Source: a virus
Taxonomy: Duplodnaviria; Caudoviricetes
Virus record (IMG/VR): IMGVR_UViG_3300017774_008538
Span: 1 to 34,539 of that record
Length of the DNA stretch: 34,539 nucleotides
Strand: one strand, 5' to 3'
Both the position numbers and the translations under genes were made by a program. The notes under the pieces were generated by a model. The model did no database searches, had not been told where the DNA came from, and saw nothing but the letters and a program-made list of their open reading frames with translations. Of this stretch, positions 19,247 to 27,414 are shown piece after piece; the first letter of the stretch is position 1; every line of letters begins with the position of its first letter.

Positions 19247-19519
19247 ATGGACAAAACACTTACAGAAAAGGAAACAGAGTATTATTTTCTGTGTTTTTGT
19301 AGTCTCATGTGCATTTTGGCCGAAAAGAAGTTGAACTTGCCCAATGTGTTTATTTGTTTTTTGAAACATAAAAATTATCGAATTCTTTTCAAACAAATGC
19401 TCAATTTGGATTCGGATCAAGAGTGCATACGAATTTTTATAGCGTTTGATCCAAATTTGTACAAAAGCAAGTACATTACAAAGTTTTTAAATAAAAATAA
19501 AAATCTAAATCTTTCGTGA
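19247..19519 (+). CDS. hypothetical protein
   Basis: Likely start MDKTLTEK, 1 nt after the DHH stop; GTGA overlap with the next gene. Confidence 0.65.
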   Translation: MDKTLTEKETEYYFLCFCSLMCILAEKKLNLPNVFICFLKHKNYRILFKQMLNLDSDQECIRIFIAFDPNLYKSKYITKFLNKNKNLNLS

Positions 19520-20145
19520 AAAAAGATGCTTTGAGTATCTACAACTCGTTCATTCGAGCATATCGTTCTGCCAATTCTGCACCCTATCGTCTTCGTAAAA
19601 ATTACGAAACATTACCTGCAGAAATAAAAAGTAATCTGGAAAGAATCAAATTGTTTTTTGATTCGTATGAAATTGATGTGGATGATTTTTTTGATGCTCC
19701 CTACTTTCTTTACAAGGATACCAAATTTTTTTCTTTTGAATATTTTCTGTCACGCAAAGCTATCAAGAGCTATTCGGATTTTCAAAAACAGATTTTAATG
19801 ATGGGACCCGATCATCCTCGCAATTTGATAAAAATAAGAAACTCGGTTGTGTTTATTCGTAATTTTTGTAAAAGTGTACAAATCTCTCCTAGTGATTACC
19901 TGAAATATGGAAAGGATAAAGTTCCATTTTTTATCACACATTTGAAAGATAGAAATGTTTCAATATATTTTCTAATGGGATTGGATGGATTTGAATCGGA
20001 ATTTTTTGCATTTGAATCAAATCTTCTAAATTTCATAGTTCCAGACTTTTACGAAAACTTTGAATTATATAACAAAAAATATCTTACAAGTCAAAATGCT
20101 CGTATTTTCATAAAAACTATTTTAAATAAAAAGATTTTGGGTTGA
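19516..20145 (+). CDS. hypothetical protein, possibly gp59-like helicase loader
   Basis: 209 aa, aromatic and helical, immediately upstream of gp32 (T4 gp59 position); the gp59 call rests on synteny only. Confidence 0.45.
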   Translation: MKKDALSIYNSFIRAYRSANSAPYRLRKNYETLPAEIKSNLERIKLFFDSYEIDVDDFFDAPYFLYKDTKFFSFEYFLSRKAIKSYSDFQKQILMMGPDHPRNLIKIRNSVVFIRNFCKSVQISPSDYLKYGKDKVPFFITHLKDRNVSIYFLMGLDGFESEFFAFESNLLNFIVPDFYENFELYNKKYLTSQNARIFIKTILNKKILG

Positions 20146-20168
20146 CAACGGTATTCATATGTTAAGAT
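20142..20168 (+). promoter_or_regulatory. sigma70-like promoter TTGACA-N15-TAAGAT (extended TGn -10)
   Basis: 6 nt before gp32 ATG 20175. Confidence 0.7.
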
Positions 20169-20174
20169 AGGGTC

Positions 20175-21056
20175 ATGAGTAAATTCACCAGTTCAATGTT
20201 TGAAACCCTAAAGGAATCTTTAACCAAAAAAGGAGAATCGGGAAGTAATTTGTACAAGAATATTCTTAAAACAGAACCAGGAAATACATATGTGGTTCGG
20301 CTAGTTCCAAATATGCAGGATGCGAAAAAGACATTTTTCCATCACATTCAACATGGCTGGACTAGCTTTGCAACAGGACAATATGTGAGCGCACTCTCTC
20401 CTAGCACATGGGGCGAAGTGGATCCGATTGGTCAGACTCGTTACAAGTTGCTTTACAAAAGCAACAATGATGCAGACAAGGTGAAAGGTTCCGAGATCAA
20501 GAGAAGTGAAAAATGGTTAGCCAATGTTTATGTTGTGGAAGATCCTGTCAACAAAAGCAACAACGGAACTGTGAAGATTCTGCGTTTTGGCAAACAGCTT
20601 CATAAAATTATTATGGATGCGATGTCTGGTGAGGAAAGCGAAGAGTTTGGTGATCGTATCTTTGATCTTTCCGAACGGGGATGCAATCTCAAGATCAAGG
20701 TGGAAAAGCAGGGAGACTTTCCCTTCTATGGAAGCAGTCGTTTTACTGCTCCCAAGGAACTTGCAGATATGGATTCCAAGTCTCAAGAAAAGGTTTACGA
20801 GTCAGTGTTTGATTTGGAAGCCGTTTATGCCAAGAAGTCTCAAGAAGAGTTGCTAAAGATGCTACAGGAACACTTTTTCTGCAACGTTTCAGTATCGGCC
20901 ACCCCTTCCTCCAGCAAAACCAAGGCTGCCGTGGAAATGAATGAGGATATTGTTGAGCAAAAGGTGGTGTTGAAAAACAACGCTCCCCTTAAAAAGCCTG
21001 AACAGAGTCCAGATGCCATAATTCAAAATCTTTTGGAAGGACTAGAAAACGAATGA
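20175..21056 (+). CDS. gp32: single-stranded DNA-binding protein gp32
   Basis: YVVRLVP, NVYVVEDPVN..NNGTVKILRFGKQL..II, IFD....GCNLKIK, Y..S.F; acidic C-terminus. Confidence 0.88.
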   Translation: MSKFTSSMFETLKESLTKKGESGSNLYKNILKTEPGNTYVVRLVPNMQDAKKTFFHHIQHGWTSFATGQYVSALSPSTWGEVDPIGQTRYKLLYKSNNDADKVKGSEIKRSEKWLANVYVVEDPVNKSNNGTVKILRFGKQLHKIIMDAMSGEESEEFGDRIFDLSERGCNLKIKVEKQGDFPFYGSSRFTAPKELADMDSKSQEKVYESVFDLEAVYAKKSQEELLKMLQEHFFCNVSVSATPSSSKTKAAVEMNEDIVEQKVVLKNNAPLKKPEQSPDAIIQNLLEGLENE

Positions 21057-21442
21057 GCGACATCGCCGATCCAAATATTCAAAAGCTCGTTTACACTTTT
21101 TTAGGTCAGACTTTGGCCGAACTAAATCAGATTGACAAGCATAATTTGGGAGGTAGCAGTCTCAAGGCAGTAAAAACAGATCCCAAAAATGTTTTTAGGG
21201 TAACAGGAGACACTGCACAAATGCAGATGCCTTATGTGCAGGATCAGCCGCAAGCTTCTCAACAGAGCATGCCTCAAGTTTCTGTTCCAATCGCACCTCC
21301 TGTCAATGTGGTGAATGCAGGATTGAATATTCAACCAGTTGCATCACAAAATTCATCTTTTCAAGTGGAAAAGGGAGTAAAGCAACAAATAAATATTATT
21401 ATAAATGCATTAAATCACATACAAAGCATTTTGCATGAATAG
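21053..21442 (+). CDS. hypothetical protein (Gln/Pro-rich middle)
   Basis: ATGA-coupled to gp32. Confidence 0.7.
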   Translation: MSDIADPNIQKLVYTFLGQTLAELNQIDKHNLGGSSLKAVKTDPKNVFRVTGDTAQMQMPYVQDQPQASQQSMPQVSVPIAPPVNVVNAGLNIQPVASQNSSFQVEKGVKQQINIIINALNHIQSILHE

Positions 21443-22178
21443 ATTCACGATTGAAAACAAAAATAAGTTTTGTCGGTATTTTTTAGAGCCTCTAGCAAAA
21501 CTAAATCCTCGGTGCATTCTTGTAATAGAAAAGGATAAAATCCGCGCCAAGAGCGCCTATCCTGATAAAACATTGTTTTTGGAAGCCACCACCAGTATTG
21601 AAACAGATATACTGGATGAAAAGGATGTGAAAGAGTTGGCTTTTGTGGATTTGACCCGATTTATAAAAACTTTAGATTTTATTCAAAAAGATGTGGTTAG
21701 TCTCAAGCTTGATAAAAATTTTATAAGTTATAAAGATTCTGCCAACCATTTTGTTATGCAACTTTACGATTCTAAAATTGTAACTCTACCCAAATTGAAT
21801 TTTGAACAGGTTCACAAGATGGATTTTGAATTGGATTTGGACTTGGATGTGAGTATTTTTTTCGAAATAATAAAAGCAGGGGGAGTGTATCCTGATTTAA
21901 ACAAATTATATCTTGATTTTGCAAATAATACTTTAAAAATCGAACTTACCGACAAACTCAAGTCGTGTTGTGATGGTTTTACCCGTACAATTGAAAACAT
22001 TAGCACAGGAGATGTGTGTACGGATTTTGTTCTTCCTTTGGATGCTTTGCGAATTATTTTAACAAATAAAGTAGAAAAGATAAAATTTCGCTATCATAAA
22101 CAGAAGCCTCTAGTAAATCTATTATATGATATTGATGGAATACACATGAGTTATGTTGTACCTTGCATAAACAAATAA
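21435..22178 (+). CDS. gp45: sliding clamp (gp45-like)
   Basis: 247 aa with a two-domain alpha/beta clamp pattern (LAFVDLTRFIKTL); replication-cluster context. Confidence 0.65.
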   Translation: MNRFTIENKNKFCRYFLEPLAKLNPRCILVIEKDKIRAKSAYPDKTLFLEATTSIETDILDEKDVKELAFVDLTRFIKTLDFIQKDVVSLKLDKNFISYKDSANHFVMQLYDSKIVTLPKLNFEQVHKMDFELDLDLDVSIFFEIIKAGGVYPDLNKLYLDFANNTLKIELTDKLKSCCDGFTRTIENISTGDVCTDFVLPLDALRIILTNKVEKIKFRYHKQKPLVNLLYDIDGIHMSYVVPCINK

Positions 22179-22183
22179 AAAAA

Positions 22184-22597
22184 ATGAATAAAAAAATAAG
22201 CCGTAATAAAATTCGTACCCCCAGCTATTTTGTCAAGCGTCTCAAAGACAATGGATTCATAGTCTGGAAAATGTTCCAACAATACAACAAAGCAGATTCG
22301 CGTTTGTGGACAATTATGGTGGATCCGTGCAACAGCAGCACCTATATCACCTGCTACCACAACAAGGATTTTAACGGAGACATCATGTTTGAAATCAACG
22401 ATGGAGGCAACCGATTTGTGCGTAATTTTAGTTTGCGTACAGATAGTCTAGAGAGTGTGATTTTGTTGCTTTTGGAAAATGATGTTCCAAATAATGCTAA
22501 AAATAGTAGATTTTTTAAAAAGCTGGTAAATACTTCTAGTGAAACAGCCTCGAAAGAAAAACAGCAAAAAACAGAATCAGTTGCCCACGTCCCTTGA
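22184..22597 (+). CDS. hypothetical protein
   Basis: Start MNKKISRNK; NKIRTPSYFVKRLKDNGF; globular composition. Confidence 0.7.
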   Translation: MNKKISRNKIRTPSYFVKRLKDNGFIVWKMFQQYNKADSRLWTIMVDPCNSSTYITCYHNKDFNGDIMFEINDGGNRFVRNFSLRTDSLESVILLLLENDVPNNAKNSRFFKKLVNTSSETASKEKQQKTESVAHVP

Positions 22598-22901
22598 TTC
22601 TCTTTCAGGCAAGGTGGTAAATTCTGCCCACATGGAAACTCTGATTAAAAGTGCTCTGCACAGACATATCGAAAATAAAAATCAGTTAAAAACAGAACGA
22701 ACGGGAGATTTGAACCATCTGAATGGTATTATTAGCGAATATTTGGATTGTTTTATTGTGATTGGTTATGACATGGCAAATAGTCAGGTGAATTTTATTC
22801 ATGCCAAAGATCAGAAAGATTCGGATGCATTGAGTTCGGCCATCAATCGTTTCTTCTATCAAGCTCAAAACAATATCAAACCCAGCAATAGTGATGATTG
22901 A
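22539..22901 (+). CDS. hypothetical late protein
   Basis: GTG start 6 nt after TAAATA (22527-22532); EYLDCFIVIGYD core. Confidence 0.7.
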   Translation: MKQPRKKNSKKQNQLPTSLDSLSGKVVNSAHMETLIKSALHRHIENKNQLKTERTGDLNHLNGIISEYLDCFIVIGYDMANSQVNFIHAKDQKDSDALSSAINRFFYQAQNNIKPSNSDD

Positions 22902-23778
22902 AAGTGTAACAATTCTCGGAGGTGGTTACGTGGGAAAAAGTCTTGCTTCTAGCCTGATTCAAAAAGGATCGGCCAAGGTTGTGGAAAATGTTCGGCAAGA
23001 GTTTTTAAATTATAAAGATCCTGAGCTGTTGCGAGAATTTCTTCTAAAAACAAAACCTGCATATCTTATCAATGCATCAGGCTACACAGGATCTCCCAAT
23101 GTGGAGGCTTGTGAAACCAACCAAGCAGATTGTCGGTGGCTGAATGTGATTGTGCCCCTACGCATCGCTAAAGTGTGCCAAGAATTGAACATTCCTTTTG
23201 TTAATATTGGAAGCGGATGCATTTATGATGGGCAGGATAGAATATATTCCGAATACGACACTCCCAATTTCGGATTGTTTAGCAATCGAAGCAGTTTTTA
23301 TAGCAAAACCAAACATCTCTGTGAAGAGAAATTGGAAGATTATCCCTGTTACACTTTTCGCATTCGCATTCCTTTTGATTCGAGTGTAACCTCTAAAAAT
23401 TACATTTGGAAATTATTAAAATACAACAATCTTATAAGCATGCGAAATAGCATTACTGGATTGGCTTGTCTGAATGATTTTGTTCATCATTTTATCAATT
23501 TGGAGCAAACTCCTCGACATGGCGTTTATAATGTGGTGAATAACGGAGCAATACGTGCGGAAGAAATTACACAAATGATGCAGGAACATGGATTGGCTAA
23601 TCCTGAATGGAAAATAAAGAGTTATGAGGAAATGAATTTTTCTGTGCACCGAAGCAATTGCATGCTTTCTCCGATGAAAATTGAAAGTTTGGGATTTGTT
23701 CCCAAAACTAGTCGAGAACAATTGGGGGAGGCTATAGGTGAATTTGCAAGCATTTACAAAAATATTCAAAACAATTAA
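22891..23778 (+). CDS. NDP-4-keto-6-deoxyglucose 3,5-epimerase/4-reductase-like (RmlD / NRS-ER type; NDP-rhamnose synthesis)
   Basis: Rossmann GGGYVG, GYTGSPNVEACE, SGCIY, PNF, SFYSKTK (YxxxK), RIRIP, RSNC.L. Confidence 0.85.
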   Translation: MMIESVTILGGGYVGKSLASSLIQKGSAKVVENVRQEFLNYKDPELLREFLLKTKPAYLINASGYTGSPNVEACETNQADCRWLNVIVPLRIAKVCQELNIPFVNIGSGCIYDGQDRIYSEYDTPNFGLFSNRSSFYSKTKHLCEEKLEDYPCYTFRIRIPFDSSVTSKNYIWKLLKYNNLISMRNSITGLACLNDFVHHFINLEQTPRHGVYNVVNNGAIRAEEITQMMQEHGLANPEWKIKSYEEMNFSVHRSNCMLSPMKIESLGFVPKTSREQLGEAIGEFASIYKNIQNN

Positions 23779-24034
23779 GAAGAAAACCTACAGAAAGGGA
23801 GATCTTTTTGCAGTGCGAGGGGGGAGATATTTGGGGGAATTTTGGGTTCTTATTCAAGAAAATGAGGGAGGATATGATTTTTTAAGCTTGCCCGATATGT
23901 TTCGGCGAAGTGCTCCGCTGGAAAAGATACATTCGGGTATAAATTTGAAAATAATTGATTATGTGCAAAATATTCCCCAAAATGTCTTTGAAATTTGCAA
24001 AACCCAGTATAAAAATGGAAAAAATAGTAAATAA
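23738..24034 (+). CDS. hypothetical protein
   Basis: 98-aa ORF with FAVRGGRYLGEFWV core; start uncertain. Confidence 0.6.
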   Translation: MNLQAFTKIFKTIKKKTYRKGDLFAVRGGRYLGEFWVLIQENEGGYDFLSLPDMFRRSAPLEKIHSGINLKIIDYVQNIPQNVFEICKTQYKNGKNSK

Positions 24035-24038
24035 ATAT

Positions 24039-24224
24039 ATGATCAAAAATATTCCATTTGTCACTCCCAAACCACAAGTGAGCCCCATTTCCGGTCAGAT
24101 GACTCGTCCAGTTATCGTGGAACGGCAGGTTGGTAAGAATATAATGAAAGAGGCACAATGGATTGATCCCTCTTCGGGAGTTCTTTTTCTGCGCGGTATT
24201 GTGAGTGTGGAAGAAAAAAAGTAA
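24039..24224 (+). CDS. small hypothetical late protein
   Basis: ATG 24039 (MIKNIPFV) 5 nt after TAAATA 24028-24033. Confidence 0.7.
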   Translation: MIKNIPFVTPKPQVSPISGQMTRPVIVERQVGKNIMKEAQWIDPSSGVLFLRGIVSVEEKK

Positions 24225-24233
24225 AATTTTACC

Positions 24234-25595
24234 GTGAGTCGTGCAACCATACTTGGAATATTAGGTTTATCTGGGTTTAATAACTCTGGAGATGTGTTTA
24301 CAAGTAGAGGTGGAACAGGTCAACCATCATTTAGTGCAGCAAACGTTGGTGCGGGGGTTGCTAGTTTAAATTTTGATCGTTCAGGTTCTCTTACACGCAT
24401 AGCAACAAACACAAGCACAGGTGTTGTAACCATTTCAGCAGTTGCAGGTCGCAGCGATATGCGGGTTCCAGATTGGATTACTGGTGATCATGTAACCAAT
24501 TTTAGCACATTACAGCAATATCTGAGCGCTACTGCATATAGCAACAGAAACATTTCAGCCAGTGCTCTTTATTGGGAATTTTTTGGCAGTTTCCCAGGAA
24601 CAGCTAATATTGATGGTGGTGTTTTGCATCCTAACGGAAAAATATATTGTAATGTAACAAATAGTGGTCTTGCGAATTGGAGTATCATGCGAGTTATAGA
24701 TCCTAATACAAATACCGTTTCCACATTTAATGCAGCGGGCCAAGGTTCGATTAACTTTGGATCAAGTAGCGCTCCTGTAGTAGCTCCTAATGGCAGAATA
24801 TTTTTTGTTCCTTATGTTAGAACATTTTGCATGTATTTTGATCCATCCACAAACACATTCAGTACTTTTGCGGGTTTTAATGCAGGTGCAGGAAATTCAA
24901 GTTTAATGAACGGAGGTGTGTTGGCTCCTAATGGCAAAATTTATTTTGCTCCTTTTAATGATACTGTTTTTCGGTTTTTGGATCCAGATGCACTGACAAT
25001 CAATGCTTATGCCACCATAACAGGAAACACTCCGAGCGGTCATTATTATGGTGCTGTACTAGCTCCAAATGGTAAAATATATTTTGCTCCAAGTTATACA
25101 AGTCTTTTCCGAGTGGTGGATCCTTCAACAAATACTGTGCAGGTGATTGGTACAATAACAGGAAGCACAAACGATAATAATTATGCAGGAGGTGTATTAC
25201 ATCCCAACGGAAAAATATATATTATTCCTGGTAAAAATAGTGTTTTGAGAATCATTGATCCGGCCACAGATACAGTTACTGCAGTAGCAACATATTCAGA
25301 TGCGGCTTTGATAGGCGGTTGGGATGGTGCTGTTGTTCATCCAAACGGAAAAATATACCCAGCCGCAAGCAACTATCTTTTTGCTTATATAGATCCAGAC
25401 ACATATGCTCTTGTAACGCTTAACGCACCCCGACCTGTTAGCGCTGATTCATACCACAATGGTGGAAAAGGTATAATTGCTCCGAATGGCAAAATGTATC
25501 TTTTGCCATTTCAAAATACACAAGCTTTAGCACTTACAATTCCTACAAACAATAATTTTAACCTAAATGTGTGCACTAATCCAATGTTTAAATAG
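24234..25595 (+). CDS. 7-repeat beta-propeller protein, paralogue 1 (putative tail/receptor-binding protein)
   Basis: Seven G.V(L)xPNGKIY...DP.T repeats; N- and C-termini shared with paralogues. Confidence 0.8.
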   Translation: MSRATILGILGLSGFNNSGDVFTSRGGTGQPSFSAANVGAGVASLNFDRSGSLTRIATNTSTGVVTISAVAGRSDMRVPDWITGDHVTNFSTLQQYLSATAYSNRNISASALYWEFFGSFPGTANIDGGVLHPNGKIYCNVTNSGLANWSIMRVIDPNTNTVSTFNAAGQGSINFGSSSAPVVAPNGRIFFVPYVRTFCMYFDPSTNTFSTFAGFNAGAGNSSLMNGGVLAPNGKIYFAPFNDTVFRFLDPDALTINAYATITGNTPSGHYYGAVLAPNGKIYFAPSYTSLFRVVDPSTNTVQVIGTITGSTNDNNYAGGVLHPNGKIYIIPGKNSVLRIIDPATDTVTAVATYSDAALIGGWDGAVVHPNGKIYPAASNYLFAYIDPDTYALVTLNAPRPVSADSYHNGGKGIIAPNGKMYLLPFQNTQALALTIPTNNNFNLNVCTNPMFK

Positions 25596-25632
25596 AAATT
25601 AAATAAACAAACAAACTAGATAAATAACATAT

Positions 25633-26007
25633 ATGACAACTTACATTGATTACGGTAGCTATTACGAAACAGGTGATGTGGTGGTTTGCCGTATGGGTAA
25701 GAATCAGCCTTACAATCCTTTTGGCGGAGCGCAGATCACATGGGAACAATATGTTGGTCAACAGGTTGCAGCAGGAACTGCCAAGGTTGTTCAGCTGACT
25801 CAAGATCCTTCCCGTCTTGCTGCTTATTGGAGCGATGTGAAAACCAAACGGAACCTTTTGCTACAGGATGCTGATTGGACACAGATGCGCGATGTGGATT
25901 TGAGCAACAACTCTGCATGGGTAACCTATCGGCAGAATCTGCGCGACATTCCTCAAACCTATAGCAGCGATCCTCGCCTGATTGTTTGGCCTACAAAACC
26001 CAGCTAA
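25633..26007 (+). CDS. phage tail-fibre assembly chaperone-like protein
   Basis: W..V...RN.LL...DWTQ..D......W..YRQ.LRDIPQ.......WP.KP; TAAATA 6 nt upstream. Confidence 0.85.
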   Translation: MTTYIDYGSYYETGDVVVCRMGKNQPYNPFGGAQITWEQYVGQQVAAGTAKVVQLTQDPSRLAAYWSDVKTKRNLLLQDADWTQMRDVDLSNNSAWVTYRQNLRDIPQTYSSDPRLIVWPTKPS

Positions 26008-26032
26008 ATACCCTATAAATTTAGGGGTTTTT
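25995..26032 (+). terminator. possible intrinsic terminator hairpin
   Basis: AAAACCC(ag)CTAAAT...ATTTAG-GGGTTTT, or alternatively CCCTA/TAGGG followed by a T-run, just after the chaperone stop. Confidence 0.4.
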
Positions 26033-26062
26033 CGTTAAATAATATTATATTATTTTAACAAT

Positions 26063-27406
26063 ATGAGCAAGGCATATAATCTAAGTCTTTTAGCATCAAG
26101 AAACAATCTGGGAAATGCTGGAGATGCTTTCGTAAGCACAGGATCGGATACTATTCCTAATTTGTCCCCTCTTTCAGCAAGAGTAACACAATTAAATGGA
26201 ATACAACAGATTCCCAATCGAATTGGTGTAAACAAATCAACAGGAGTTGTTACCATATCTGCTCAACCAAGTTTGAGTGAACTGGATGTGCCCGGATGGG
26301 ATAAGGGACAAAACATAGCTCAATGGAGCACGTTGCAATATTATCTGAGTGCAACAGCATTTTCAAATAGAAAAATTCCAGCTAGTGCAGTTTATGTTGA
26401 TAATAACCTTCCTACTGTAAATTCAGGATTCAACTGGCAAGGTTGTGTTCTGCATCCAAACGGAAACGTTTATCTTGTTCCTAATCTAGTAGGTCCCGGA
26501 GTAATAGGAGTCTACAATCCGACAAACAACACTTATACATATCACGGCACTTACACAACTTCAGGACTTTCTGATTATTATGGAGGATGTTTAGGAACTG
26601 ATGGAAAAATTTATTTGTCACCTGAAGCCAACACCATATTCAGGGTTTTTGATCCAAGCGACAACACCATGACCAGCATAGGAAATATTGGCACAACAGC
26701 TCTTGAAAAATTTGTCGGAGCAATAACAGGTCCGAATGGAAAAATATATTACATTCCTTTTCGTCAGACCATGAGCATTGTTTTTGATCCCAGCAACAAC
26801 ACATTTGCCACAATAGGAAGCTTTACGGAAGGAGGCACAAGTCTTTTAAAACATTATGGAGGAACTCTTGCTCCAAATGGAAAAATATATCTAAATAACT
26901 CCTATACAACACTTTTAAAAATTATTGATACCAATAACAATTCGGTACAAACCATCAATGATAGACCGGGATTTTTTACATGTTTAGCGCCCAACGGAAA
27001 GATATATTTGTTGGGAAATTCAGTAAGTTCCTTAAACACTCTTGTAAGGGTGTTGGATCCCAATAACAATAACATATCAATTATAGGCACACTACCTGGA
27101 GGAGCTTTCGCGGATGGAGGTTATAGTGGAGGTGTATTGAGCCCAAATGGAAAGATATATATGATTCCGCAAAACAATAGTTATTTTATTGTGGTAGATC
27201 CCAGTAATGATACCGTGTCAAGTTTCCTGACATTTGCTGGAACCACATGGACTGGAGTTTCCAAATATGAAGGAGCTGTTACCCTTCCGAATGGAGATAT
27301 ATTCGCAGGAACAGATGGCGCAACAAAGCCGATTATACTCCGTTTTCTTTTAAATAATCAATGGAACATGAACGTCTGTACCAACCCTTTCTTTAACAAA
27401 CTTTAA
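26063..27406 (+). CDS. 7-repeat beta-propeller protein, paralogue 2
   Basis: Seven xPNGKIY-type repeats; WSTLQYYLSA; C-terminal NNQWNMNVCTNPFFNK. Confidence 0.8.
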   Translation: MSKAYNLSLLASRNNLGNAGDAFVSTGSDTIPNLSPLSARVTQLNGIQQIPNRIGVNKSTGVVTISAQPSLSELDVPGWDKGQNIAQWSTLQYYLSATAFSNRKIPASAVYVDNNLPTVNSGFNWQGCVLHPNGNVYLVPNLVGPGVIGVYNPTNNTYTYHGTYTTSGLSDYYGGCLGTDGKIYLSPEANTIFRVFDPSDNTMTSIGNIGTTALEKFVGAITGPNGKIYYIPFRQTMSIVFDPSNNTFATIGSFTEGGTSLLKHYGGTLAPNGKIYLNNSYTTLLKIIDTNNNSVQTINDRPGFFTCLAPNGKIYLLGNSVSSLNTLVRVLDPNNNNISIIGTLPGGAFADGGYSGGVLSPNGKIYMIPQNNSYFIVVDPSNDTVSSFLTFAGTTWTGVSKYEGAVTLPNGDIFAGTDGATKPIILRFLLNNQWNMNVCTNPFFNKL

Positions 27407-27414
27407 ATAAACCT

